NCBI GenBank assembly: GCA_964396025.1
Contig: CAYNBT010000001.1
Coordinates: forward strand, 3,129 to 66,169
Reading direction: 5' to 3'
Length of the DNA: 63,041 nucleotides
Origin: an uncultured Candidatus Saccharibacteria bacterium
GTDB taxonomy: Bacteria > Patescibacteriota > WWE3 > UBA101185 > UBA10185
Below, one piece after another: positions 63,026 to 63,041 of the stretch. The stretch's first letter is position 1. Every line of letters starts with the position of its first letter. The notes below the pieces were generated by a model. That model did not search any database, was not told the origin of the DNA, and saw only the letters and a program-made list of their open reading frames with translations. The position numbers and the translations under genes were made by a program.

Positions 63026-63041
63026 ATGGAATGCTTTTGGC

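Noticed and set aside
1-63041. Alternative genetic code (UGA recoding, as in some candidate phyla)
   Set aside because: Conserved genes terminate cleanly at TGA (gatA, uvrC, PBP, the 4-TM ORF) and at TAA or TAG. The ATGA start/stop overlaps are consistent with TGA acting as a stop. All housekeeping proteins are full length under code 11.

Overview
This is a gene-dense bacterial chromosome segment, roughly 90% coding and about 40% GC by eye, mostly on the minus strand. It uses the standard code: TGA and TAA both act as stops. Most of it is housekeeping:
- gatCAB, polA (Klenow-like), polX, htpX and lemA
- a ClpE-type Hsp100
- rplS, rplU, rpmA, lepB and ileS
- class II RNR (nrdJ) beside a PduO-type cobalamin adenosyltransferase
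- a compact uvrC-secG-murA-mraY-ftsW-murG-ftsQ-ftsA-ftsZ block
- uvrA, a class A PBP and four tRNAs (Asp-GTC, Thr-CGT, Gly-CCC, Val-CAC), all with encoded CCA

Small proteins, ribosomal-protein extensions, PT-linker surface proteins and a DUF2298 'YYY' protein suggest a Patescibacteria/CPR-like organism. That placement is inference only.

Accessory content:
1. A three-gene operon (1905-10180) encodes a 1496-aa GH5-like/dockerin/beta-propeller protein, a cohesin-like + CBM protein, and a YYY membrane protein.
2. Three tandem small paralogs sit at the left edge.
3. A visibly GC-richer island with strong Shine-Dalgarno (SD) sites lies between tRNA-Thr and tRNA-Gly. It is bordered by a 21-nt duplicate of the tRNA-Gly 3' end.
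4. A small protein with an HEPN-like Rx4H motif is translationally nested inside gatCAB.

The strongest sequence-level signal is recurrent: an extended -10 box (TGnTAnnnT) sits 6-10 nt upstream of many ATG starts with no SD, which implies widespread leaderless mRNAs. No CRISPR array, rRNA, transposase or integrase was seen.
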